From Octopus bimaculoides (Eukaryota), in assembly GCF_001194135.2 (NCBI RefSeq), contig NC_068986.1, forward strand, positions 33,185,219 to 33,249,218: 64,000 nt of DNA, read 5' to 3'. Shown here one piece after another: positions 26,534 to 40,254 of this stretch (positions are counted from its first letter, which is position 1; the number at the start of each line of letters is the position of its first letter). The position numbers and the translations under genes were made by a program. A model generated the notes under the pieces. The model was not told the origin of the DNA and searched no databases. It worked only from the letters and a program-made list of their open reading frames with translations.

Positions 26534-27519
26534 TGTCTGTTAATATGATATTTATCAAACAAACCCATGGTTGCAAATGGTGCATTACCAAAGATAACGC
26601 TTCCAGTGAAGTAGTAGAACAGTTAATATGGCCCCTCAGTTTGTAAGAAATTCAACCTCTTCGATTTTAATGAAGACCATATGGACTCACGCTAATGTAC
26701 TTCAAGAAACGCCATAAACATTAGATAGCTCTGATTGGAAAGCTTTGGCTCATACACATCTTTAATACGAATCTACTCATATATTCTAATTTAGACCCAC
26801 AGAATCAATTTTGAGGATAGAGGGTAAGTCCTCACTATCAACACTGCTGCTAAATTGTACTTCAGTTATCTACTTCGAAAAGTTGATATGGACTTCGTTG
26901 GGATTTGAACCTAAAATGTAATGAGCGCAAACAAATGTATGCATACACACACACATGTATATATATATATATATATNNNNNNNNNNNNNNNNNNNNNNNN
27001 NNNNNNNNNNNNNNNNNNNNNNNNNNNNNNNNNNNNNNNNNNNNNNNNNNNNNNNNNNNNNNNNNNNNNNNNNNNNNNNNNNNNNNNNNNNNNNNNNNNN
27101 NNNNNNNNNNNNNNNNNNNNNNNNNNNNNNNNNNNNNNNNNNNNNNNNNNNNNNNNNNNNNNNNNNNNNNNNNNNNNNNNNNNNNNNNNNNNNNNNNNNN
27201 NNNNNNNNNNNNNNNTATAGATGCATTTCTTTTATTAGCCACACAGGGCTCAACGAAGATGGGACAAATACAATGTAGAGCTTTTCTTTTTGGGAGGGGG
27301 GAGGAAGGAAAAAAAAGGGGTGGTGTCGATCAAAAGGGATCGTAGGAAGGGAAAAAGGGGGAGTTCGATCAAAAGGGATCGAAAAAAAAAGATATATATA
27401 TATATATATAAATATATATATATAGATAGATAGATAGATAGACATACATAGATAGATAGATAGATAGACATACATACATACATACATACATACGCTCATA
27501 CATACATACATATATATAT

Positions 27520-27563
<44 letters not shown>

Positions 27564-27574
27564 ATGTATACACA

Positions 27575-27790
27575 CTTTTACTTGTTTCAGTCATTTGACT
27601 GTGGCCATCCTGGAGCACCTCCTTTAGTCGAGAAAATCGACTCCCGCACTTATCCTTTGTAAGCCTAGTACTTATTCTATCCGTCGCTTTTGCCGAACCG
27701 CTAAGTTACGGGGACGTAAACACACCAGCGTCAGTTGTCAAATGATGTTGGCGGACAAACACAAACACACAAACATAGACACACACACAC
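27575..27790 (-). mobile_element. SINE family C, 3' half
   Basis: CTTTTACTTGTTTCAGTCATTTGACTGTGGCCATCCTGGAGCACC...GCCGAACCGCTAAGTTACGGGGACGTAAACACACCAGC, running into (CA)n. Confidence 0.85.
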
Positions 27791-28349
27791 ACGCACATGT
27801 ATATATGCATTATTTTATATACATACATGTAAGGTCCATCCATTCATACATCCAGCATCCATACGTAGATGAAAAAAGGAAAATAGAAGAATGAGATGAC
27901 CGATACAAACAGCTGTACCATTATCTGGGAATATGAGAGCAAAATGGAAATGCAGACCCTCGGACACGAAGATACTGTTGGAAATAATGAATACGTGCAT
28001 GCTACACAGATTATAATTACGGATGTAAAGGTAAACAGAAAGTCAGCTAGATATATAGAGATGCACAGAAACAAACAACCAATCTGGCATGAGTTATCGG
28101 CACTTGATTTTATAAATAACAACAGGCATAAACCGGTATCAATGATAGGCAGCTGTTACATTATGTACGGATATAGTGTTAATAGTGTTAAACAATAAGG
28201 AAGTATTAAAATTATTAATTAACCATTAAGTGACTGTGTTAATACAAACGAATTATTTCTCAGATATAAACGTCAATATGGCGCTCGCGAAATTCAATGT
28301 CACTTTAAGAGTGAAGTATAATTCAATCTAAATATTGCAACATTTACAA

Positions 28350-28395
28350 GAGAGAAAGAAGAGTAGTAATAATTATGATGAAAATATTGTTACTA

Positions 28396-28432
<37 letters not shown>

Positions 28433-28715
28433 CATTATTATTATCATTATTAATATTATTATTATTATGATCATTATTAACAACAACAACAACAACAACA
28501 ACAACAATAATAATAATAATACTAATAATAAGAACAACGATGAGGATAATAATGTTGATAATAATTAACAATTAATAATAACAATTAATAATATTGAAAA
28601 TATATCCACTTCGTAGATCTGTGAGAGTCATTAAGAAAGGCCTTTGAAATGAAACCATCAAAGAAATATTTAACCTCCGTTTAGCGGTTAGAACTGAATA
28701 AACTTTGAATAATAA

Positions 28716-28790
<75 letters not shown>

Positions 28791-28833
28791 ATATCNNNNN
28801 NNNNNAATAATAATAATAATAAAAAAAAAAAAA

Positions 28834-28898
<65 letters not shown>

Positions 28899-29092
28899 AT
28901 ATCAAAAACAACAACAACAAGAATAATAGTGATGTTGATGCTGATGTTTGGACGCCAACAATGCTAGAAATAACAGAAGTAACAACAAGAATAAGAATAA
29001 GAATAAGCAATACCAAAATGAAAACAAAACAAATATTCAGAAAAAAAATTACCATGAGTCTCGTTGTCGTTCTTAGTCTTGTTGTAATTTTT

Positions 29093-29142
<50 letters not shown>

Positions 29143-29309
29143 TATTATTATTATTATTATTATTATTGCTATTATTGTCGTTGTTGTTATTGATATTGTT
29201 GTTGTTATCATTATCAGCAGCACCATCATCAGCAGCATTATTGTTATTATTATTAATATTAATATCATTGAAAACAACAACAACAACAACAACAATAATA
29301 ATTTAAATA

Positions 29310-29348
<39 letters not shown>

Positions 29349-29365
29349 GTAATAATAGTAATACT
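28350..29365. repeat. Large compound trinucleotide array (TTA/CAA/TAA/CAT) with a local re-duplication around a 10-N gap
   Basis: Seen directly. The motif (TAA)n-TGATAATGATAAATATC appears at both ~28775-28795 and ~28885-28903. Confidence 0.9.
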
Positions 29366-29849
29366 ATAATAAAAACATATGTAACAAACACTTCTCACTC
29401 GATATAAAAAGTAATTTGCGTAAAGAATACGCAACCGAAATCCACACCTACCATTCCCCTCGCCTCTCTAAATGGTTAACGTCATGATATATAATAACAA
29501 TAAGAGGAATAACAACAACAACGATAGCAAAATCATGAACAACAATAGCTGCAGCAACAATAACAACAAAGACAGAATATGAAAAAAAAAACAACAAATC
29601 AAAACAATAAACACTTTCCTTTCTCTCCAACATAATAAACTTTTATTGTCGTATACAGTCAAAGACATACAGGAATTATAACCAACGGAACAACAACAAC
29701 AACAACAATAGATAGAAGCACCAATTTTAAAAATGATGATAATAAAAATGTATAGGTATATAACCTGTGTGTATGTGTATGCGTAAATATGTATGTATAC
29801 ATCAATGTATATACGTATGTATATATATATATGTGTGTGTGCGTATGTA

Positions 29850-29890
<41 letters not shown>

Positions 29891-30436
29891 CACATATATA
29901 TATATTATANNNNNNNNNNNNNNNNNNNNNNNNNNNNNNNNNNNNNNNNNNNNNNNNNNNNNNNNNNNNNNNNNNNNNNNNNNNNNNNNNNNNNNNNNNN
30001 NNNNNNNNNNNNNNNNNNNNNNNNNNNNNNNNNNNNNNNNNNNNNNNNNNNNNNNNNNNNNNNNNNNNNNNNNNNNNNNNNNNNNNNNNNNNNNNNNNNN
30101 NNNNNNNNNNNNNNNNNNNNNNNNNNNNNNNNNNNNNNNNNNNNNNNNNNNNNNNNNNNNNNNNNNNNNNNNNNNNNNNNNNNNNNNNNNNNNNNNNNNN
30201 NNNNNNNNNNNNNNNNNNNNNNNNNNNNNNNNNNNNNNNNNNNNNNNNNNNNNNNNNNNNNNNNNNNNNNNNNNNNNNNNNNNNNNNNNNNNNNNNNNNN
30301 NNNNNNNNNNNNNNNNNNNNNNNNNNNNNNNNNNNNNNNNNNNNNNNNNNNNNNNNNNNNNNNNNNNNNNNNNNNNNNNNNNNNNNNNNNNNNNNNNNNN
30401 NNNNNNNNNNNNNNNNNNNNNNNNNNNNNNNNNNNN

Positions 30437-30469
<33 letters not shown>

Positions 30470-31086
30470 TATACACACACATACAGTTCTACGTCTGTAT
30501 TTGTGTGCGTGTGTATATACTTACGACCTCTGAACTTCGGCTTGCTACGCAGTATAGCCGAGATGTCACGACAGAAGCTGAACCACACGTCTATTGCTTC
30601 CCAGTGAACCATGTTACCAATTACAACCCTCATTACGGAATATATTACACACTAATATATTATATTATTACTGGGAAATAATAAACGCTAAATTGGGGAA
30701 TCCCGCTTTTGCTGGTCGTGAAGTGGTTACTAAATTGTCTGCAATAACAATGTGACACGGGAGGAGACCAGATTACCGAGTATATCCAGCAAAAAGATAT
30801 TCATATTTGTTGTTCGTACATTGACCTCCCTCCGGAGTTCCGTTGTTACAACTAGTTATACGATAGTTAGTTTGTAGGGCGTGGTCCGGCTCCCCTGGTG
30901 ATTCTGTTCTTATATCTCTCGTTTACAGCATTTCTAAATGTTTCATTGTACACACACACACACAAACCTATATATTTAAATATTATATGATATATATATG
31001 TATATATATATGCATGTATGCTTGTATGTATACTTGCATGTATGAATGTATATAACTATGTATAGATATATATATGTGTGAAGTGT

Positions 31087-31117
<31 letters not shown>

Positions 31118-31463
31118 AAAGCGCCCACGAACATCTCACACTCGCATACACATATTCATATGTGTCCATGTATATGTATATATATATGGGTATATGTTTG
31201 TGTATATTCATGCCTGTTTATGTATGTGTGTGTGTGCATAGACAATTTATTCGTAGCTTTAGATAGACAGTCTTGCAATATTCACTGCCAATCTCTTTGT
31301 TCTAATTCCAAATATTGTTAGGTTAAACTGTATTTATCATTATTTCGTATTCGATGTCAACAATTCTTTGTTTGTCTCATTCTGGAAAAGTTGATTCCCT
31401 TCAAACTATATGGATGAACTCTCCCAGATGATGGATACCAAGTGAAACGAATTCTGGGGTTAC

Positions 31464-31572
31464 CTCGTACACCTTTCAGTTGTGATATAACCCACATGTG
31501 TAATTTTTAGATCAAGTGACGTCCACGCCTTTAACTCAGTTAATCTTGAAAGAATTGCATCTCCCTCATATC
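31464..31572 (-). CDS. Candidate internal exon, unidentified product (xYEGDAILSRLTELKAWTSLDLKITHVGYITTERCT)
   Basis: Strong acceptor (ATTTCTCTTCCTATACTAG) and donor GAG|GTAACC. It is 109 nt, open phase 1 to phase 2, with an in-frame stop right after the donor. No family was recognised. Confidence 0.35.
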
Positions 31573-32698
31573 CTAGTATAGGAAGAGAAATCTTTAATTA
31601 GGGTTTTCTGTGAGCAATACACGAAGTTAAATAATCGAATGTATATTCGTACGTCGAAAACATGGGAAGTTACAAATAGGCCGAGGATCAATATCAGTTA
31701 TCTACATTTATGTATATTTTTATGTATATATTTAAATATATATTCAGCTGGTATAATGTACTTAAACGGTAAAATAATTCGAAGTTAACTGTTGAAATGT
31801 CAGAAATATATAGTTAGATATTAATTTATATATAATTAATGGTAACACAAGGAATGAATAAATATATATATAAATATAAAGACCAAACGCAAGAGTTCAT
31901 AGTGCTACAAAATCGAATGAACATATTGTAGAAATGTCCAATTTCAATTTGTTCACAGAATATCTATATATGTGAAGTCTATACTATAATAATGCTTATT
32001 AATGGATATGGAGTATACAGCATTTACTAATGAAAGCAATTGTTAAAATCTACGCAGTCTAGAAAATTCTTTAAAAATCTAATTTTATTAATGTTTTTTA
32101 TCATATTAAGGTTTTCATACAACTTTTACAATTGGAGATTTCGAACGCTAATTTTATGTCTCTGAAAGATAACGTTTTTGACACTATAAGATAGGGTTTT
32201 GTCACAGACTTCTCCCTTCCGCTTACACTTGTGAGTATAACATAACCTCTGTTATATCCTTTGTTGAGAAAACTATCTGTGTTATAGTATTTCAAATGAA
32301 CATGAATAAAAGAATATCATTTCCCATTTTCGTACATCTGTAATTGCGTTTATATAGGTTATTAATGCTAAGATGTACACATATATATCAACACAAAAAC
32401 AATTCAGAACGAATAAAAGTTATACAATGACATGTGGTCGAAACTGCAGTAAGTTTTTCAATGACATTTTTCCAGGACAGGATGGGTGTGCAGTCTAGTT
32501 CAGTCATGCAAGGTTACGAAATCTTCTGATATGTGTACATATACGATAAACTTAAAATATTTACGTGCCTAGGTTAAGTCACATTAAAATTTTAACACAC
32601 TTATCTTGACCGAATATGTGCTGTTTAACAGCAAAAAATACAAATATTAATTACGTGTCTATCTATCTATCTATCTATCTATCTGCCTCTCTATTTAT

Positions 32699-32796
<98 letters not shown>

Positions 32797-33118
32797 GTGT
32801 GTGTGTGTGTGTGTGTGTGTGCATGCGTGTATATACTCACATACTGATATACACATATATGAAATAAAATGCGCACAAACACGCGTGCACACGCTTCATT
32901 GATGTACATACATACATTTTATACATACATACACACATATGTATTTATATGTGTGTGTGTTTATATGTGTATACATATGCATATATATATACACACAAAG
33001 TGAGATGTCATCATTTCATTTTTTAAATTTTTTAGCAAGCGCATTGTGTGTGTTTGATTTTGTCGACTACACACTATAGTAAGGTCAGTTGGGCAGCGTC
33101 TGTGAGAAAAACAGTACC

Positions 33119-33660
33119 ATGACGCAATTCCCTCTGCCAAAAAATTGGATACGACATGCTGTACTGCTTGGCATTCACGTCGGCAGCTCCAATACGAACA
33201 TTTCAGAGTGTTTGGGTGTCAATCGTCGTGCAGATTAGTCCAGTCCAGTCCATTATCACTAAAGATTTGGGTATGAGACGCGTGTCTACCAGGTTTGTGC
33301 CGAAACTGTTTTCAGTTGACCAAAAATACACCCGGTTTTCAGTTGCACAAGATCTCTTTAATTTTGTCGAAAACGCTGAAAAGTTTTTGAAAACTTTGCG
33401 TAGGCCTCTGAGCAGGTATCGCCAGCTTTTGGCAAAATTTGATGCTGATTCTCTGTTCAACTTTCTCTGCTTTGGTTAATGCGACGATCACACGATATAC
33501 ACACCTTCCTTCCAAGCACTGCTGTAAACAGTGAATATGAGCTAGAACGTTAAAAATTAGCACCCATGCACAACAGAGATCAAGTTTAATCTGTGCCAAG
33601 TGGCTTCACTCTGAGTGCTTTAGCTTCGTTACTATTGCAGCTATTGATCAGACCACGTAT
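33119..33660. mobile_element. Mosaic of Tc1/mariner transposase remnants in both orientations
   Basis: Plus strand ~33233-33400: ISPVQSIITKDLGMRRVSTRFVPKLFSVDQKYTR...FLKTL (mariner-like KFVPK.L motif). Minus strand ~33478-33385: EKVEQRISIKFCQKL(G)DTCSEAYAK (mariner N-terminus). Plus strand 33119-33225 has a further transposase-N-terminus-like stretch, which is less certain. Confidence 0.75.
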
Positions 33661-34236
33661 GCATTTATGTATGTACGTATATATGTATGCATGCATGTAT
33701 GTATGTATTTATATATATTAGAAGTTTAAATAATCTGTAAGAAGTTATGATCAGTGAAAGAATGTCTAAACTTTGTTAGTAATAACTGGTACACAGTATT
33801 TTTATGTGTATTGTGCTAAATGTATGTTATACAAATGTATTCCAAATATGTATGTAGATTAATACATAAAGATTGCAATATATTATATATGGAAACTCAT
33901 ATCGACGTAGGAAATATCTACCGTGAATGTTTATTTAATAAAATGCATATATTTTGATATAAGTATGTCTCACAATAGCGACATTGTATATAAGACATGT
34001 CATAATGATATTTATGTGTAATAAATGCATGATATCTTGATTATTGACAATAAACGAATTTACTAGGTTTGTAAATAAATGAACTTTGGTACGACATAGC
34101 CTGGCAATATAGGTATTGTAACATTTCTTGTCAAATATATGAAAATGAAATTGTACCGAGACATTTACTAAAAAACAGGTTCAGCTTATCTCATTTAAAA
34201 TGCTGTCTTTTTTACGACACGTGTACGTGTATACTT

Positions 34237-34308
<72 letters not shown>

Positions 34309-34367
34309 ACACTGCTATACGCAAAAATATAAACTAATATGACAAAATATGCCATATATGATAACAG

Positions 34368-34890
34368 GGCTCAATTCTGCTTTAAGCACCCCATATTGCC
34401 CCATTATAACTATTTTGTTGTTTGAAATTTTCAGAAAATTCTTGAAAATTTGTTTTCTATACACGGGAATCCACATGACTACGAAAATGAAGACAAATTT
34501 TCATTTTCATTTTTTGAAGTAAAAAAAAAGATATTTAAGTTTTCGATTTTATAAAAAATAAGTTTAAAATACGAAGAGTCCGAATTTTTTGCTTAAATCA
34601 CAGCAATAGACCATGAAATATGATTATGGGGGAAAAGATATTGAAAAGCATCATTTCGTCCGTCTGACAAACAAACAAGGAGGGTATAAGGTGCTCGTGA
34701 GATGTGTTAAAATTAACACATAAATAGCCTTTTTTTAAGTAACGTACCAATTCTTTTGTTCTTTCTATTTTTGCATAGTCTTATGAATTCCCGCATGTAG
34801 AAAAAAAATTCGTAAAACTTTTCCGAAAATTCCCAAAAATAAAAAATAATTGTTAAGAATTATATGGCGTGCATAAATCAGAATTCAGCC
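34368..34890. mobile_element. Foldback/MITE with ~140-bp imperfect terminal inverted repeats
   Basis: The left end GGCTCAATTCTGCTTTAAGCACCCCATAT...TTTTCAGAAAA...TTTTCTATACACGGGAATCCACATGACTACG matches the reverse complement of the right end, GGCTGAATTCTGATTTATGCACGCCATAT...TTTTCGGAAAA...TTTTCTACATGCGGGAATTCATAAGACTATG. No coding capacity. Confidence 0.85.
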
Positions 34891-35259
34891 AACAATACAC
34901 ATCTCTAAATGATGACTTGAAATAGGACTAACTTTCCATGAAATCATATATTGCAGTCTTCAAAAAGAATGAACAGGTGATCTAATCAATGTCGAGCAAG
35001 ACTACCACATATGGAATCGTCAATGCTGGAGCTCTTCTTGTCATTTCTGCTTTATCAGGATTGATATGTGGCTTATATACGACGAGCCTATTCACAGTTG
35101 CGTTTCCTTTTACTAATTCCTTCACAAATAATTGGTCGGTTTTGAGTTACAGTTCAAGACACCTGTCCATGGTGCAGTGCAGTAGGACTGAACGCAAAAC
35201 CGTGTGACACCAAAGAGAACTTCTTAAACGCGTAGCAATGCCTATATCGCGTATCATCA

Positions 35260-35900
35260 CAAAATTACATAATTACAATTACATAATTGAATATAATGTC
35301 ACATTGTATAACATAATATAACATAACATATAACATATGAGATAAAATATACGAAGGGTGTATGAAAACTCTTGAGCATCAAAAAGAACCAAAACGTGGT
35401 ACAAGACTTCTGATGAAGGTACAAGTCTTCAAGGCTCAAAGGCCTTGATGGCTCAAAACTTTTTATACACCCTTCGTAATATAATATTGCGCAATAATGT
35501 CACATAGCAAAATGTAACATGATATAACGTTATTTAGATATACCAGAACATAATAGAACACATACCACAATATAACACCGTAATATGATACAAAATAATA
35601 TAATGTAATATACTGTAACAAAATATAAAATTAATAACAAATTATAATCTAATATACCGATATAACAACAGATATAACATGGCTGAATACAATGTAATGT
35701 AAACATAAAATACGATAATATAACAACATAAATTTCAGTATAATATAACGTAGCATAATGTAATATTTGTAACATAATAAAATATAAGTTTACATGATAT
35801 AAATAATATAAGACAATACCTCTTAACGCAATAAAATGTAGTACAAAATATAACATGAAAAATAATCAGTATAACAGATAAAGCAGAAATCTGGGTATTA
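35260..35900. repeat. Degenerate pentanucleotide satellite (ATAAC/ACATA/ATAAT)n
   Basis: Imperfect period-5 A-rich array, interrupted by a MITE. Confidence 0.75.
35350..35478. mobile_element. Mariner-type MITE (~130 bp) with TA target duplication
   Basis: TA|CGAAGGGTGTATGAAAACTCTTGAGCATCAA ... TTGATGGCTCAAAACTTTTTATACACCCTTCG|TA gives ~35-bp TIRs, with the first 14 nt (including the TA) a perfect inverted match. Confidence 0.9.
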
Positions 35901-36811
35901 CATGATATAACACAACACGGTAAGTTAACAAAACAACATTATCATTTTTTTTTTTTTGAAATATTACTTATACTGGTGTATTGATTGCCAAAGAGATAAT
36001 TATTTATAGACTAAATAACAAATGAACAACAACAACATAAACAGCAAAAATACAACAAAAATAAGACTGACAATAATAACATGAATACTTTCTACCGTTT
36101 CGTTGATGGCTTGGTCTGTCGAGAGATACTTAATAACATACAAATTAGATTTTAAAAAGAAATATAATAGCAATGAGAAAAACAATAATATCAATATTAA
36201 CAATAAAATTGTAATAAATGATAATAACATTTTTTTTCTTTATTTGCCACGAGGGCACCGGGAATTTTCCTTTTTTTTTTTCTTTTGACAGTAAACATTA
36301 TGAAATGNNNNNNNNNNNNNNNNNNNNNNNNNNNNNNNNNNNNNNNNNNNNNNNNNNNNNNNNNNNNNNNNNNNNNNNNNNNNNNNNNNNNNNNNNNNNN
36401 NNNNNNNNNNNNNNNNNNNNNNNNNNNNNNNNNNNNNNNNNNNNNNNNNNNNNNNNNNNNNNNNNNNNNNNNNNNNNNNNNNNNNNNNNNNNNNNNNNNN
36501 NNNNNNNNNNNNNNNNNNNNNNNNNNNNNNNNNNNNNNNNNNNNNNNNNNNNNNNNNNNNNNNNNNNNNNNNNNNNNNNNNNNNNNNNNNNNNNNNNNNN
36601 NNNNNNNNNNNNNNNNNNNNNNNNNNNNNNNNNNNNNNNNNNNNNNNNNNNNNNNNNNNNNNNNNNNNNNNNNNNNNNNNNNNNNNNNNNNNNNNNNNNN
36701 NNNNNNNNNNNNNNNNNNNNNNNNNNNNNNNNNNNNNNNNNNNNNNNNNNNNNNNNNNNNNNNNNNNNNNNNNNNNNNNNNNNNNNNNNNNNNNNNNNNN
36801 NNNNNNNNNNN

Positions 36812-36842
<31 letters not shown>

Positions 36843-36854
36843 GTGCATGTGTCA

Positions 36855-36890
<36 letters not shown>

Positions 36891-37663
36891 GTGTGTAAGT
36901 ATGTGTATGAGTGTGTGTATATATGTGTGTCTGTGTGTCGAAAATTTAATTTGCAGGCCGAAAAAATATGCTGGAAGAGAGATAAGTTTACATATACATG
37001 CACCAATACACACACGCGCATACACATACGCACATACACACAACATTATATATATGTACACATATACGTATCTACCTTTGTATATGCATATGTGTGTACA
37101 TTTCTGCATTTCTGTGCATGTTTCCTACTTAGTATTAGTCTCATACAACCAACTTTGTGTGTACGCCACCTAACGGTTCTACCGTAAAGATGGATACGAT
37201 CAATATGAGACTTCCATAAATGTATTGATGGTGACCAGATCAACTAAACCCTTCAAGGTGGAGTCTCAGCATGACTGCAGACTAATGATTGAACAAATAA
37301 AAAAAATGAACACCTCACTGGAATGACATTCTGACCAGACTAAATCTTCTGGAGATTTCGAATTAAATTTGTTTGAAATTTTGCGTGGGATTTGTTAAGA
37401 GTTTGAAACGATGGCTAAGGATGTGCTAAGAATTGAAGCAAAAGATCACAAAACGAATTTATAAGTAGAATTTGTCTGAATGGCGCTAAATACAAAAGAG
37501 AGCCTACTGAAGTGATTATGTTATTTCTTTTGTTAATATTCTTGTTTGTTTTATATGATAGATATTGATAAGGAGGGAAAGCCTGATGTGAACATTCAGC
37601 CGAGGACTTTTCTTTTCTTTCTTATTTTTAGACTTCATTTCTCCCTGTCTTACTCACTCACTT

Positions 37664-37754
<91 letters not shown>

Positions 37755-37842
37755 CTATCTAGCTAGCTAGCTAGCTAGATAGAAAGCTATCTCTATAGCT
37801 CTCTCACTCCCTCTCTTTCTCTAGCTCCCTTTTTCTTTCTTT

Positions 37843-37880
<38 letters not shown>

Positions 37881-38540
37881 CCCACTCGGGCGCGCGCGAG
37901 CGAGTGTTCATATCTCATCCTCACCAAACCGTTTATCAATACTCTGTGAAGAGGTAAAGAAAGTGAGCTTGAGAAGTTGGCAGGTTCAAGAATGGAAGTA
38001 TTTTAACAATATTCTTTCATCAGAGTTGTAATACTCAATACAAAAAAATCTGTGCGATCATGCGTCGGCAAGTAAAGGAGAACGCATATAACATCGATAA
38101 TTTAATTGTCATAAGAAGAACAAAATACTCGTCCGGTTGAAGCATATGTTGCTGACTGAAACGTCAAACTTTACACTCTTCACAACGATTGAACTAATAG
38201 GATTTTCTATGAAATGTTCTCCCACATCTCGTTCATGGTCATTGAGTGCCCTCTAATGACGTCCGATGACATTAACATACAAAGAATTGTGGGAAATTAT
38301 CTGTAAGATAACATAATCTGCAGATCTTTCAACACTACACGGTACCGATTACATTGCAACGCAATAACATAAACTTGTATTGGGCATTTGTATTCCTTTC
38401 CATATTACAATGTTGCATAGGAATTCAGAGAAAAGCGGTGTAATAAATTTAAATAATGAATGAAATACTTAACATAAGCTTATACATGCGCACGCATAGA
38501 CGTGCACGCCCATAAAATAGATGCCAATATATACATTATG

Positions 38541-38571
<31 letters not shown>

Positions 38572-39269
38572 NNNNNNNNNNNNNNNNNNNNNNNNNNNNN
38601 NNNNNNNNNNNNNNNNNNNNNNNNNNNNNNNNNNNNNNNNNNNNNNNNNNNNNNNNNNNNNNNNNNNNNNNNNNNNNNNNNNNNNNNNNNNNNNNNNNNN
38701 NNNNNNNNNNNNNNNNNNNNNNNNNNNNNNNNNNNNNNNNNNNNNNNNNNNNNNNNNNNNNNNNNNNNNNNNNNNNNNNNNNNNNNNNNNNNNNNNNNNN
38801 NNNNNNNNNNNNNNNNNNNNNNNNNNNNNNNNNNNNNNNNNNNNNNNNNNNNNNNNNNNNNNNNNNNNNNNNNNNNNNNNNNNNNNNNNNNNNNNNNNNN
38901 NNNNNNNNNNNNNNNNNNNNNNNNNNNNNNNNNNNNNNNNNNNNNNNNNNNNNNNNNNNNNNNNNNNNNNNNNNNNNNNNNNNNNNNNNNNNNNNNNNNN
39001 NNNNNNNNNNNNNNNNNNNNNNNNNNNNNNNNNNNNNNNNNNNNNNNNNNNNNNNNNNNNNNNNNNNNNNNNNNNNNNNNNNNNNNNNNNNNNNNNNNNN
39101 NNNNNNNNNNNNNNNNNNNNNNNNNNNNNNNNNNNNNNNNNNNNNNNNNNNNNNNNNNNNNNNNNNNNNNNNNNNNNNNNNNNNNNNNNNNNNNNNNNNN
39201 NNNNNNNNNNNNNNNNNNNNNNNNNNNNNNNNNNNNNNNNNNNNNNNNNNNNNNNNNNNNNNNNNNNNN

Positions 39270-39307
<38 letters not shown>

Positions 39308-39328
39308 CCACACACACACACACACACT

Positions 39329-39364
<36 letters not shown>

Positions 39365-40065
39365 GTTTGTGTGTGTATGAAATTTGTAATCTGCTAATAA
39401 TTTCCTGTTATCAATACAAATGTGTATAGAAGTGTACATTCATTAAGCTTTCCTTAAAAGAAAACAAACAGAATGGTAAGCAATAGCCGTTCTTTCATTT
39501 ATTGCATTAATTACTCTTGTTATTTAGAAAATATGATATGCATTTAGCTTTATTGCTAAGGATGTTAAGCCACGTTTCTAGAAAACTACCATTACTTCAC
39601 ATTATATTATCACGATCTAATCGACCTTATTCACCTCGGGCAGCTCATGTTAATAATATGGCTCAAGCTTTTATTTTACACCGAAAGCGTATGAGATATA
39701 CGCATACATAACTACGTACATCGACGATTATGAGTATTCAGCATTTATTTCACATTGTGGATGCGATTGCCTTTAATATAATATATTTGATAGTTATCAT
39801 ATTTCTTGTATTGAGAAACCATAGTTTGGGAAGTATTAGGTTAAGGCTTAGTTTTATTAAATACAATACCGATACATTGGCCATAGGTAGCATGTGTTAA
39901 TATGAAAAGCGTTCATTTAGCTTACTAGAGAATATATGGGCGAAAATATATTTTTATAGGCTGAATGCGCACAGATTACATTTCAGCCGCCATTACGATA
40001 TTTGTTCCATTTGCTTAAAACATTATTATTATTATTATCATTATTGTTATTATTATTATTATTAC

Positions 40066-40116
<51 letters not shown>

Positions 40117-40200
40117 CATTATTATTATTATCATCATCATCATTATCATCGTCGTCGTCGTCGTCATCACCATCATCATCATCATCATCATCATCATTAC

Positions 40201-40254
<54 letters not shown>

